A stretch of DNA of 38,511 nt from Perkinsus chesapeaki ATCC PRA-425 (lineage: Eukaryota; Protista; Perkinsozoa), in NCBI GenBank assembly GCA_013115145.1, contig JAAPAO010000333.1, positions 1-38,511 on the forward strand, read 5' to 3'. Below, one piece after another: positions 22,071 through 33,600 of this stretch. The number at the start of each line of letters is the position of its first letter. Position 1 is the stretch's first letter. The notes under the pieces were generated by a model. That model ran no database searches, was not told the origin of the DNA, and saw only the letters and a list, made by a program, of their open reading frames with translations. A program made the position numbers and the translations under genes.

Positions 22071-23975
22071 ATGGCCCAAGTTGTTCTGGATGTAAATCTG
22101 GACACTAGTGCTGATTGTCCGCCTTTGGGCGACGACCGTTCTTCTTCGTGCTCCCCGAGAGTTAACATAACAGTTCGTTCTGAAAGCCTCTCATCGGTAG
22201 AGTCGGTCCAAGAAGAGCTTCTTGATGTCGATGATGATGATGAGATGGTGGAAGCGATTGTGTACATCGAGCCAGCTCGGAATTCGGTGCTGCTTGAGAG
22301 GCTTCAGTCCGGCCGGAGAAAGGTCGAAGGGTGGATCTGGCAGTTCGAAAGATTCTTTTGAGTTTCTGTTGATATTTTTTGTACCTCTTTGATCTGGTGA
22401 GTGTCTGAAGCAGTTCAAATTGTCTGTGAAAATGTTTGACGGATAATTCTACTTCTTCCAAATAAGTTTCTATTTCGGTAGTCTCACCGAGGAGATTCTT
22501 CAGGAGTTCTTCAGTATACTGAAGAACTTCCTCAGGAGAAGTATATCACGTTCTCAATCAACGAGAAATTGCCGTTTGTATATAGCAGCGGTATTTTCGG
22601 GTAGCTATTCGGAAAATCCTCAAGACACTGCTATCAAGTCAGCTCAGGTTACCCTAGTCGTACTAATCTGCTGTTTGTAAGTATCACACTACTAGATTAT
22701 AAGCCTTTGTATATGCTCTTCGAAAGAGTCTCTTTGTGCTGCGGAATATGCCCTTATTTTCTATGCTGGGTGGCACCCTAGTCGGAAGTAGGGCACCATA
22801 GAACGACTATTTTCAATGCGGATCAAATGTCGCTCTTGTTAGCCGATTGTGACGGACAGCTCCTCGTCTCAACTCCCAACTGCACACAGATGTATTTTCA
22901 TTACTAGAGAAATAATAAGGTGAACTTCTTAAGCACATAATCTCATAAGAGATCGGAAAGATAAGGCTTTTAGTGAACAATTCAGTCGGGCCGCCCGAAT
23001 TTCGGGCTGTACAATATAATTTGTTCACACGTCACGTATAGTGTGTGATGTTTCAGACCCTCACCAACTTCGGTCCAGATCCGAGCTATTTCTTCGGCCT
23101 TCATTCAAGCGCCACTGGTTTCTTCCGAGCAACCAGAGGAGAGCTGAGAGGTGACAGTGCGCCCCTTCTGCTACTAGCTATAACTCCATCGGGGCCCCGC
23201 CGGTTTACCTCGATTGCCAGCTAGAAGTCATATACTGCTTGGTTAGTTAGCCCAACCCTGGAACTAGTTAGTCGACTACTTCTCGACCGGAACAAAGAGT
23301 ATTACCGGTTTCTGTAGCGGTTATCGTTCATATCATCTTGTGGGAATCACAGGAGCTCTGTCGCTTACAAGGTCGCTTACATGATGACGGCTGAGTATAT
23401 TTCACAATTGTAGACATTAGTCGCCACTCAGAATGCGCTTCGGGATTTGTCAGTGGAGTTAGGTTAATGTTTTTTATTACTTCAACCAAAATTATCCGAT
23501 TTTCATCGGCTCATCCGACGAGCGCAGACGCGCTTTTCAGTAGGCCGCCTAGATGGGCGTCCAGCTGTCTTGCGTTCGGGGGACTTTTTAGAGACCTAGA
23601 GAAGTATTCACTGTTCACTTTTGGTAGCCTTCAAGCCTAGACCCTTCTCAGATTTCATAGCCGAACTCACAATATCGTTGAATTCTCCTCGCAGCATCAG
23701 AGCCTGTGATGATGAAGCAGCACAGGATTTAATGAAGGTAATCGATCGTATCTTGGCTCAGTAATAGAGTAAGATGCTCGACTACAAATTGCTAGGGAAA
23801 TAATGGGCCCGAAGTAATTCGTCAGGATTGCTTTGGAAAGGATCTTTTGCTACCGGAGTCACCAAAGCGAACTCGAATTACATTCCCTTTCGGGGATTCA
23901 TCCAGCCCCTGCGAAAGTGGGCCACTTGAAAATCAAAAAGCTTGCCGTAGGCGGGAGATATATGACTTCGATTAG
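22071..23975 (+). CDS. Hypothetical multi-exon protein
   Basis: ATG 22071 opens an acidic, Ser-rich exon. Further exons bounded by AG/GT read FYFGSLTEEILQEFFSILKNFLRR, TLTNFGPDPSYFFGLHSS, PFSDFIAELTISLNSP and DCFGKDLLLPESPKR to TAG 23973-23975. No family recognised. Confidence 0.55.
22986..23007. repeat. Chained inverted triplet (A-A'-A)
   Basis: TCGGGC-C-GCCCGA and GCCCGAA-T-TTCGGGC; centres 22992 and 23000. Confidence 0.95.
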
Positions 23976-24275
23976 AAGGAGGCTCCTAGATCGGAAATCC
24001 AAGTTGAAGAAGCAACTGAAATGTGCTTCCAGTGGAGACTTCCTCTGTGACTTCCTGTTTCCCTCGTATTTTCTTGTACACTTTCAAATTTCTCAAATTC
24101 TGCTAAATGCATAATCAAGAAGGCATAGAGGATGGTCAAATGCCGAGCCCAATAGGAGTGCATCCAATTTTTCTACTTGTTCTAGGAACATATTTCTAAT
24201 CAAATTTTATACCTATGCGTTATCAGCGCATTCCTCGACGCTAGATGAAGCCCTGTTTGTCTACCCTTCTATTAG

Positions 24276-25043
24276 ACGATCGATTGCTTTCAGAGTTGCC
24301 GCAGAGACTCGAGAGATTCTAACTTTGGAAGTATTTGTGGATCCGTCTCATCGGACAATGTCGACGTGAGTACTCCCTGTTGCGTCTGTCGTCATTTGAG
24401 TGTTTCGCCCGCGAGGATGTCATCCTCGCTGAGTCTCAGCGTACAGTACGCGACATTCAAAAATGCACGCTAGAGGCTGGTAGTTTTCTCACTAACTACT
24501 GACGTTTTCTACGTACTAGACTTCCTATGGAACCCGCAGTATAACAAGCTCTCCTAGCTATTTTCGTTCCAAATGCCACGACCCTCAGAGCGCCCCTCTA
24601 TTGTTCCTGTCGCGCGTTGTTCCTCACAAATGTGACGCTCGTCAGTAAAGCCTAACAGGGCTCTGAAAGTGCTCTTCGAGGGCGACGGAGAGTTGGAAAT
24701 CAGCGATCCCCACCACGAGAGTATCAATGATGACGAGCACGACAACGAAAGATAGACCGTAACATAACTTAGTGAGTCACTAATAGTGACTCAGCTGAGC
24801 CTCTCAGGTGAGGCTCTGGGGACTCCCGCCGTGATACGGCGCTCCAAGAAACATCATGTTTTCAAACATGGCCACTCCGAAATTCAGACAGTCGACATCG
24901 ACAAGCTCTCCGGCTCGGGCAAGCCTCTCCTAAGTTGGTGGCGACTCGCCACTGGCGAGTCAGCGAAATCAGGCTCGATCCGTCATGAGTCAACCTGGCT
25001 CAACGTGTCTGACCGCCTGCAATTTTGGAACGGATTGCCTTGA
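24276..25043 (+). CDS. Hypothetical multi-exon protein (partial model)
   Basis: Exon 24276-24365 ends in a GTGAGT donor. The last exon is ORF 24786..25043 (GEALGTPAVIRRSKKHH...WNGLP stop). Start not found. Confidence 0.4.
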
Positions 25044-26212
25044 AACATTCTAGGGTTCGCTACAATCAGAGCACAATGGAGTGCTATCATGGCACTGCCA
25101 TGTGAAGTTGAAGGTTGTCTGAGACAACCATGAGTTAGACTCTATCTTCTACTTCTCGGTAGAGAGAACAACGACTTCACCAAAGGTTATGTGCCGTTCT
25201 TTTGGGGGTTTCATTAGCGCAAAAACGTTCGCTAGTCTAGAAGGCCCGTACGCTGGCCCGTACGTCAAGTGACCTTCAGCTCCTACTACTGCTGCTGCAG
25301 CAGCTCCTACTCCTCCTACAGCTGTTCAGGCATAAGTACTACTCCTCCTATATAAGTTAGTTCAACTTCTAGTAAGTCACCTACTATCTTCGATGGAGCC
25401 AGAGCCTCTGGCTCTGGCTCCAGCCTTCGACATGATAATGGTCAGGGCTGGGAATCTTGGCTCAAGGATCACTTATCATCTGTAATCATTGATTACAGTT
25501 GACCCGATCACCTTGGTTTTACATCTGCTCATTGCGACCGTTTACGATACCTCTAACAACAAACAAGAAGAAGAACACAAACAAGGAGCTGCTACCAATA
25601 TGTAGGGATATAACCTCCTGAATATCAAACTCAAGCACGAATAGGTGACAGGATAAGCGTTACACGTAAAGCGGACGTGTAAGTACGAACCCAAAGGATA
25701 CAGGACAATACTTCAAGTATTGTCAAGTAAACCAGACTGCCTGACCAAATGATTCCATGTGTGATATAATTTTGTGGAGGGGTTTATTATACGGAGTGTA
25801 CAACTCTCAGTTTCGTTTGATTTACTCGTTTTTGTGTTATGCTTGACCCCTGGTAGTTGCTATCGGCGGCTGGCATCTAAGCCTCTGATTCTATTAGAAT
25901 CATTCTAATGCGTCGCAGTTTTCTTCCGGCTGACGTGTGTTGCATGGGTGGGCCCCAGTGGGGCCGCCCCACCCAACCCACACCGAAACTGAGAAGAAAT
26001 TTGGTATTTTTTCTGTGAACACCTGCCTCCGGCGTGTAGATATCGCGTACTGTTTGCTTTTGAAGTATTACTTATGATATATTCACGAGCGAAAGCCTGT
26101 GAATGATGGAGGTTGACCTATGTGGGTATTTCGTACATGCTACTGATGCTTCTAACGTTACAAACGTCACTTACGTTACTAACAGGAGTGCTGACTTGGT
26201 AGTGTGATTCAG

Positions 26213-27907
26213 GAGTGCACCACCAGGAGCAACAGCTCGTCATTCTCGACTGCGGCCGCTGCTGGAGTACAGATGGGCGACCTTCTTCTCTCCCATGATG
26301 GGTAAGATGTTACCCGTGTATCAGCATGCGATTGTATGTCCATAGTAATGAAGTGCATATTAGGCTGATATTATTAGCCTTTTTTCAGTGGGGCTCTGGG
26401 AGTTCATTTGGGAGCCTCCGGACTGCACCGTGTTTCAGATGTGTTCTGTTGTCGATGGAATATGATGAGATTCTTGGAGCTGTGAAGGAGTGCGCCTCCC
26501 ACATTCGCAGCGGTGGGTCACACTGTTCGGCATCTGAGGCTTTTAGATCATCCAAATGCCGGCGTCAAATGTCTCGCTTAGATGTTTGATGCTAATATTT
26601 TTCATTGCTGGTGACATTTCTTACATTGGCAGTTCCAATGTTCTGAAATGTGGAGAACTAGGACTTTTCAGATCATCTCCGAACTATCAGTGTTCCCTCT
26701 TTTATCAAGGGATAGTGCAGAGTCTGCACCCGGATTGCGCAGAGATTCTGCGGGCCGCAGACTGCTGCAGAGTGTAACATACAGTCCGTCGTCATGCTCT
26801 CTGTTTTCTCCAAATTGCTTTATCTGTTTCAATCATCAGATACCCTTCGCTTCAAAAGGTGCTCACATATGACGCTGGCCAAGAACAGAGAGGGAAAAGG
26901 AGGACAAGAAGTCCTTGGCTTGTACCAGAATGAAATGTGACAAATCGTGCGAGTCGAAATCGGCAGGCATGGAAAGTCCGATATTTTTATTTTCGTTTTT
27001 TGAACGCGTTATTCGCCATTCATAGCACACCAAATCTGAGCATGCTGTAGAGTATGTACCATTTGTTCACTCGAACAGTCTCCTGTTCTGTCTTCTCAAA
27101 CAGTTTTCGACGATTTTGTTCAGGGGCTGCGACATCGAGGAGCTGCAGGATAAGACTGTTTGGGACCTTATCGTCTACGAGAAAACCTTCCATAGTGACA
27201 GTTTGGAGGAACACGGTCCTCACGATTTTCAAGTAGGAACGATCATAATCATCCATCATAATCATATCATCCTAATCCAGCGCTAAATGCATCATTATCT
27301 ATTATGTATTACAAGATGACATTTTGTTCATCTCAGGAAATCGCGAGAATCCCTCTGGGGCGAGGCATTGAGGACAAGTAAAGAGTGATGCTTCTCACTG
27401 CGTCAAATGCTATGACTTCATTTCAACTGCTACCACTGCTTGTTACTTATTATTAGCTTGGTTGCTGCTACTGCCACAGTATCGTCTGATTCAAGAATTT
27501 TATAGTCTGTAATCAATGGTATATCACAACAATGGTCGCTTAATCAAAAAGGAATCGATCTAAGTTGGGGGAGTTTCACTGGTCTTCCTCCATTGTTGTC
27601 TCTTCTGTTGTGTTAGTGAATGAAGGCGGACATTGAATACTTTAGTAAAAGAACACCAGAGGAAATCGCGATGGTCCTTGTGGCATTCGCGTCGTCATCG
27701 CGTAAGATCCACCATGCTTGAAGGCTTCAAGTTTAAGCGTAGCCACATATCACAAAATACCTAGTGCGCCGGGAGCACTGGGTATTCGTCTCACTGATTC
27801 AGGACGAACTACGCCTTGAATCAATCAAGTGGACTGCCGCTCTGAAAAACTATGCACGACGCGTATTTATGAAACAGGCCAAAGATGCATTTTCCTGCGA
27901 TAACTAA
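26213..27907 (+). CDS. Hypothetical multi-exon protein
   Basis: Open exons with polypyrimidine acceptors and GT donors include ILFRGCDIEELQDKTVWDLIVYEKTFH (about 27104-27232), EIARIPLGRGIEDK, KRTPEEIAMVLVAF and DELRLESIKWTAALKNY to TAA 27905-27907. Confidence 0.5.
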
Positions 27908-28610
27908 CACGTATGAACCGGAGTGCTATTCGACAATTGGACATATGTCGAGTGATTTGGCGCCCGATTCGAATCATACTGACGCATTACTCCACACTTT
28001 GTCCTCAATGTGCTCATCAATCTTCTATTGCTATTCTCTTTGATTATACACCTGTCTTGGATAGAGAGACTTCCCACCATGACAACCGAATAAGGGCGAC
28101 TATGCGCTGACTTGGAGGGAATATCTTGAAAAAGCGAAAAGATGTCGATTCACTAGAACCCAACTCCAAAGGTGTTCTCGGCTATCAAGTGGACCACTTG
28201 TAGTGGTGACAGAGGAGAAGAGGTGCATTCGATCACCAAGTGGAACCCTCGAAAAGGGCGTCTACTTGGTGATAATAGCTATTACGCGAGCAAAAAAGTA
28301 CTGCAAAAAAAGTATTGTAAAATCATTCAGTGTAATCCATCAGCTATTGCCTTCAAAAGCACAAGGATCTTGTGGGCTTCTCATAAAGGGAAATGTCGAA
28401 TGGTCGGCGCCTCCGACTCTGCCATATCACTGAGGAAACTTTATCATGGACATGACAATGGCTGCCATTATAAATGCCAACAAATGCCATTGAATGGCAT
28501 TTTTTGTTTCTAATTCTCCTTGATCTAAGAGACCAAATATCAATAGAGTGATAGGTTTTATGGGTCCCTTGCTGTCAAGACTTGTTTAACACGTTGAGTT
28601 GGTCTTCACT

Positions 28611-29237
28611 ATGCCGCCCAAGCAAAGACCTCCAAAATCAAAGCCAAAAAAGGCGGCCAAAAAGAAGATCCGAGAAAATCCCAATAAAGCTGCAAAAGAA
28701 GGTACGTATCTTTACGAGTGCTACCTCGGACTGCCGCTATCTTCTACACGGTAATGGAGGTCGTCAAAGCAATTTTAAACCTTCAATCTTTATAATTGAT
28801 ATATTATCGCATAATCAGTCGCCAGCTTTCGAATCCTTGCATAGAAACTCGCCCATAGAACGGATAGTCTAACTAATTCGACGTTGATAACTCACATACA
28901 CAGCAACTTACTACAGTATAAGTCGAGAGTGGTGTCGCTTGTAAACAATATCAAAAAGGGTAAAGCCAGATTCCACCTACAAAACCTAGAAAGTCCACAA
29001 ACTTGCTCGTCCACAGAGCCCCCCGATACATCGCTGGACTTCCTCGCGAGCCCGTTATCGAGTACAGAGAAATTGAGGAAGCTGGCGGTAGTGCAAAGAA
29101 CGGACATCGAGCACGCGCAGAAGCGATGTGCAAAAGTGAGACTGACGTTGGTTTCGCATGACCTACGTACCGATGGGTAGATGCTAGCGTATGATTACGA
29201 GCTGGGCAGGCCCGACCTTGGCACTGTCAACGACTGG
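28611..29237 (+). CDS. 5' exons of a hypothetical protein with a basic N-terminus; may continue into the 30.7-34.9 kb gene
   Basis: ATG 28611 MPPKQRPPKSKPKKAAKKK with donor at 28702. Exon NLLQYKSRVV...HAQKRCAK ends at GTGAGA in phase 0 and joins exon 29181-29237 MLAYDYELGRPDLGTVNDW, which ends at GTAAGT. Confidence 0.55.
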
Positions 29238-30689
29238 GTAAGTCGCCTGGTCTCTCGAAATTCTGCCCTCGCCTGTTCAACCATCTGCCGCGGTCAGCCT
29301 GGCGTACCGAGCGGTGTGATTCACAACGTGTAAATAATGTACGACTGTTGATCGTGAATTACGATTTGTAATGCATTCTCCAGCAGACGCTAGAACCGAG
29401 ATAAACTCGAGGAGCCCTGGCTGGGCTCAGCCCATTGGACTGTTACCGTCGGGGCTTCAGAGGCTGCTAGTATTTTTGACCTCCTGTAACTAAGTCCATT
29501 ATAACCTAATTAAATTAATAGAGGAAGATTTTACTGAATTGGTCAACTCGGATTGAGCGCTACTCCGCCGCAACCTTGAAGGTCACCTTATTAAGGCGCT
29601 CTCTCACCAACACTTGCAAGCATTAAGCAGATATATCCCATAGCCTTTGCGCATACATTCAAACTTGAAATAGCAATCCCCAAGCCTCGCAAAGTATGCC
29701 TATTTTATACTTTTCGACATCACGGCCCTACCATTACTGCCACTTAATTAGCTGTATTTTAGCTTAGAGATCTGAGCCCAAACGACCCGTCTCTAACCGC
29801 CGAAATCTGCAGAGTAATCATAAAGGCAATACAGTCTGGACATAGGCTCAAATCGGAGGGGTGAGTCGTAGCCGATATTACAACACGAGTTCGAAACGTG
29901 CTGTCGATCAAGGTTCCTCTGTGATTTACTGTGTCGATCTGACGGCTCTTGCACTTTGGAAATGCTCAACAGGAATCTGATGGTGATTTCTGTTCCGACG
30001 AGGGTGACTGCGTGCTTGAAGATAGGTGCATAGGGCTTGCTTTGAAGCTGATTGTTCTATCACTGATACATGGCTTCATATGATACTCGTCGCTCTTATC
30101 CACATCGGTATGGCATTTCCTAGTGAATTCGCCGATAGAGCAGCGCAGCTTAATCTACCAAGACAGGTAAGACCCCCCTTTGCGATATGGCGCGTGGGCC
30201 GGCTAGGACCACTCAGTGGCCACCACTGGCCCAGCGGGTTCGATCTATTGCGTCCTCCGATCTATGTTCGACTCAAGGTCACCTACAAGTCTCACTTGGT
30301 GCATCACTACGTCGGTAGTGATGCACCAATGGACTCTTGCTTGTCTATACTTAACAGGCTGCCGTACTCCTTTTTGACTAATACGAGTGCGAAAAGCTTT
30401 CGCACTTGTCGAATTACAGGTTGTGTTATCCGTCTCGCCTAGAGGAGGTAACCTGGACCGGAGCAGCCCCAGAGGGGCACAGACTGGGCTACGGCAGCAA
30501 AAAGGCAAGCAGAAGAGCGGTATAGGTGGCAAGGGCAACAAGTACGTGTAAAGCGACAGGAGGACTTGACTGCGCATAGGCCCTCAAGTTCCTCCAAGAC
30601 TTCGCTCAAGAACAGTATCACAATCAACTTACTGGCTGCAAGACTGTTAGCACTTTGCAGCTTCACCGGGTTATTGGCCGGCAACGGAA

Positions 30690-33600
30690 ACTCCCTTAGA
30701 ACTAATGCTACACGGATACTGCACGATCAAGTACAAATCTTCCCGCGAATATGAATACTGCTTCTGCTACTGCTATAACACTCGAGCTTCGAACTGTGCT
30801 TTCGACCAGGTTCTCCATACTGGCGGCTTGGCTTTGGTCCTTGCTTGCTTCGACGGGCAAGTTCGCCAGTTGGCGAGGTTGACGAAGTCTAGTCTCTCTG
30901 AGGTGCGTAAGTATTTATACAGTTGATGTGCTAGCGCCAGTTCAATAACACCGTTTCAACTTCTTATTGCTTTTTCGGCCGCGCGTCTGGCAGCAACGCT
31001 GCATTTCTCTGTGTTTCGTCAGCTAACAGAAGGCACAAACAGAAAGCATCAGGACGAAACAGTGGGATCGGGTGCGTGATTATCTGGGCAAGGATAAGAG
31101 TTCTCCATAAGTCGTTGTAGTTATCGCAGTCTCCTTCCTCGGTTTGCATCATTCGACCTTGATGGGGATATTAAATAGTTCATGCACACGATCTCATATA
31201 ATGAGCATGAGTTAATTAATAACTCAAGTAACCTGAAATCAAATATTACGATACATATAACGTTTATAAAGTTCCAGCGAACATTAAACTGGATCATCCA
31301 ATATAATCCAGTATCATCCAGTATAACGTAATTCATATCGGCGGCGTAAGTTCAAATTGAACTTATATTGAACTGTTCAATAAACTGGGTCGACGCTGTG
31401 TTTATGCTGTCGTCATTTGATGTGGTGTTCAGCTAACAAAAAGAAAGGAGGAAAACTGTCCAAATCTCTGTCGGCAGCGAGTGAGAGCATTTCAATCATG
31501 GATAATATATCGGTATTCTTCAATCGGCTTCAGTAGGATTGGACCCGGTTGTTAGATTTTGGCGGCCTCGATAGCCTGCATAATTTCCAGTGGGCAGGAG
31601 CACATGTTGCGAGTACTATTGAGGGAGTTCAAGATTCCTGACGACACGAAGACTGGTGACCGCTTGTTGATTTTGGCAAAAGAACTACGAAGTGATGACA
31701 GGAATCTCGCTGAAGAAGTCCCCGAAACGCGGGAAGTCGTCTTCGCCCTCACCTCGGCAGCGAAAGCGGATACCAGAGGTGATCAGCTGTTCAGTAAACT
31801 TTTAGAGCGAAAACCATTTAGTCTTACCCCATTTGTATTGGGGATGGTTCTACAAGCAAACCTTGTCTCAATAATTTCTAGCATAAATTATTTCCTATGG
31901 CGCCGGTTGCAGTTGTCGGTTGCAGTTGTCTAAAACAACTTCTCCAGGTAAAACCTCTCGACTGTGCTGGCGTAGCTAGCATCTGCGATGCTTTCGCGCT
32001 ATGTTTGGACAATCCCGCAACAACAGCGGTAAGTGTCAATTAATCAAGGTGAGGGCGAAGCTAGCAGCTTCAAGCTGCCAGACTCTTAGATGATCTAATG
32101 ACAAGTCTGCCTTCTACTTGAGATTTTGATATTCGAACAACTCTGTAAAATAGGCAGAAAGCTCTTCGGAGGAGCCTTTTCCGCTCCAGGCAGCCTTGGA
32201 AGAACGGTAGATCTTCCCAGAAGGAACGTATCTGGTATTTCTTCTGGTTCTAGGAACATATTTATTAGCAAAGTTTCTATTATATCTCCGCTTCTCGATC
32301 CGCTGGCGAAACATTCGGAGAAGCCAGATGACTCTCTGCTCCTCACAGTTAACGCTATTAGGTGGTTGCCTGCGTCATCTCGCTCATTGCGAACTCGCTG
32401 GACTCACACGGTCCGGAACGGCTCCTCATGGTGAAATTCAAACCAGTAAGTCTACAACAGTTCCCATGGAGAAGGTTGCTAGCCTAAGCATTGAGGAGGA
32501 TTCATCTGGGATAGGAGAGCGAAGTTTTCTTGTTTCCTTGAAGATGGCGGAATGCCCGACAGATACTTGTGCGCCATCAGACTCCTATTAGTGAGCTTAA
32601 AGATGCCCTACAAGCAAGCAAAAGCCGCGACAGCAGGGAGAGACTAGTGAGCGCGCGCGAAACAGGCTTTGTCTTGAAGTGCCCTTCTCCAATTTAGGGT
32701 ACTTCGCGATATTACCAAAAAGAGTGCGAGAATGTCACATTGGCAGACCTAGATGCACTTCAGGGGGGCCTCGAAGACGATCGAGACGGTTCAGGCGGCA
32801 CTTACGTTTGTATCAGTAAGCCCCATTTCTCGCAAGGCTTTCTATAGGACGTTGCGAGTTGAAGACGCCTCTTAGTTGGCTATAAACGTAGGAGAATTCA
32901 TTGTATTTTATGTGTAAGTTCCGGATTGAGAAAGCAACCCGATTGACAGACCCTTTTAGTTGGGTGTAATATGAGATCATTCACTTGAGTCAGACGAGTT
33001 TATGTGAGCCAACGTTATCAGGTAGACTGAGCATGACGCATGGTATGAGCGGGTTGTTGATAGACGTGATGATTCGTCATTCTTCCAAGGTGAGACGCCC
33101 GAGATCGGGTTGAGTGGCTAGCCGAGTCGGATCAATAGTCCTACAGGGTGCAGGAATCTTAGCTCCAAGCATACTTGTATACTGGATAATAATCCTCTGG
33201 CTACAAATATATTCTATCTGACACCGCGACTCATAGATGAGCATCAAATCATCTTGTCCGCCATAAGGAATGAGGCTGATGCTTCCTTTTGAAAGGATTC
33301 TAGCGGGACTTCAGCAAGTTCCTGCGGGACTCAATGAAACCCTGGGAACAGTATCAGCTCAACCCATTCGCTGGGTCACCCCATTACCACTCTCTTTCTC
33401 CATGAATAGAAGCACAATTAATTCACAAACTTGAGCATTCCTTCAATTTTGACAGGCCCATATAACACGCTATTGCTTGGAGGCTCTGGTTGGGTTATGG
33501 AGAGCATCCCAAGCTCTTGTGGGGTCATCGAATGTAGTTACTGATGCACTGAGATGTTCCGGAGCTCAGAAGCTTCTTCATGGTGTAAGGCTTGCGACGA

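Noticed and set aside
27020-27265. Minus-strand ORF MIMMDDYDRSYLKIV…
   Set aside because: The plus strand has an open exon with a polypyrimidine acceptor and a phase-matched next exon, so this is probably its shadow. Not fully excluded.
28930-29130. Histone H3-like reading YQKGKSTNLLVHRAP after a Lys-rich N-terminus
   Set aside because: It needs two insertions relative to H3, the rest of the fold is absent, and the downstream exon at 29181 is open only if the other frame (…HAQKRCAK, phase 0) is used.
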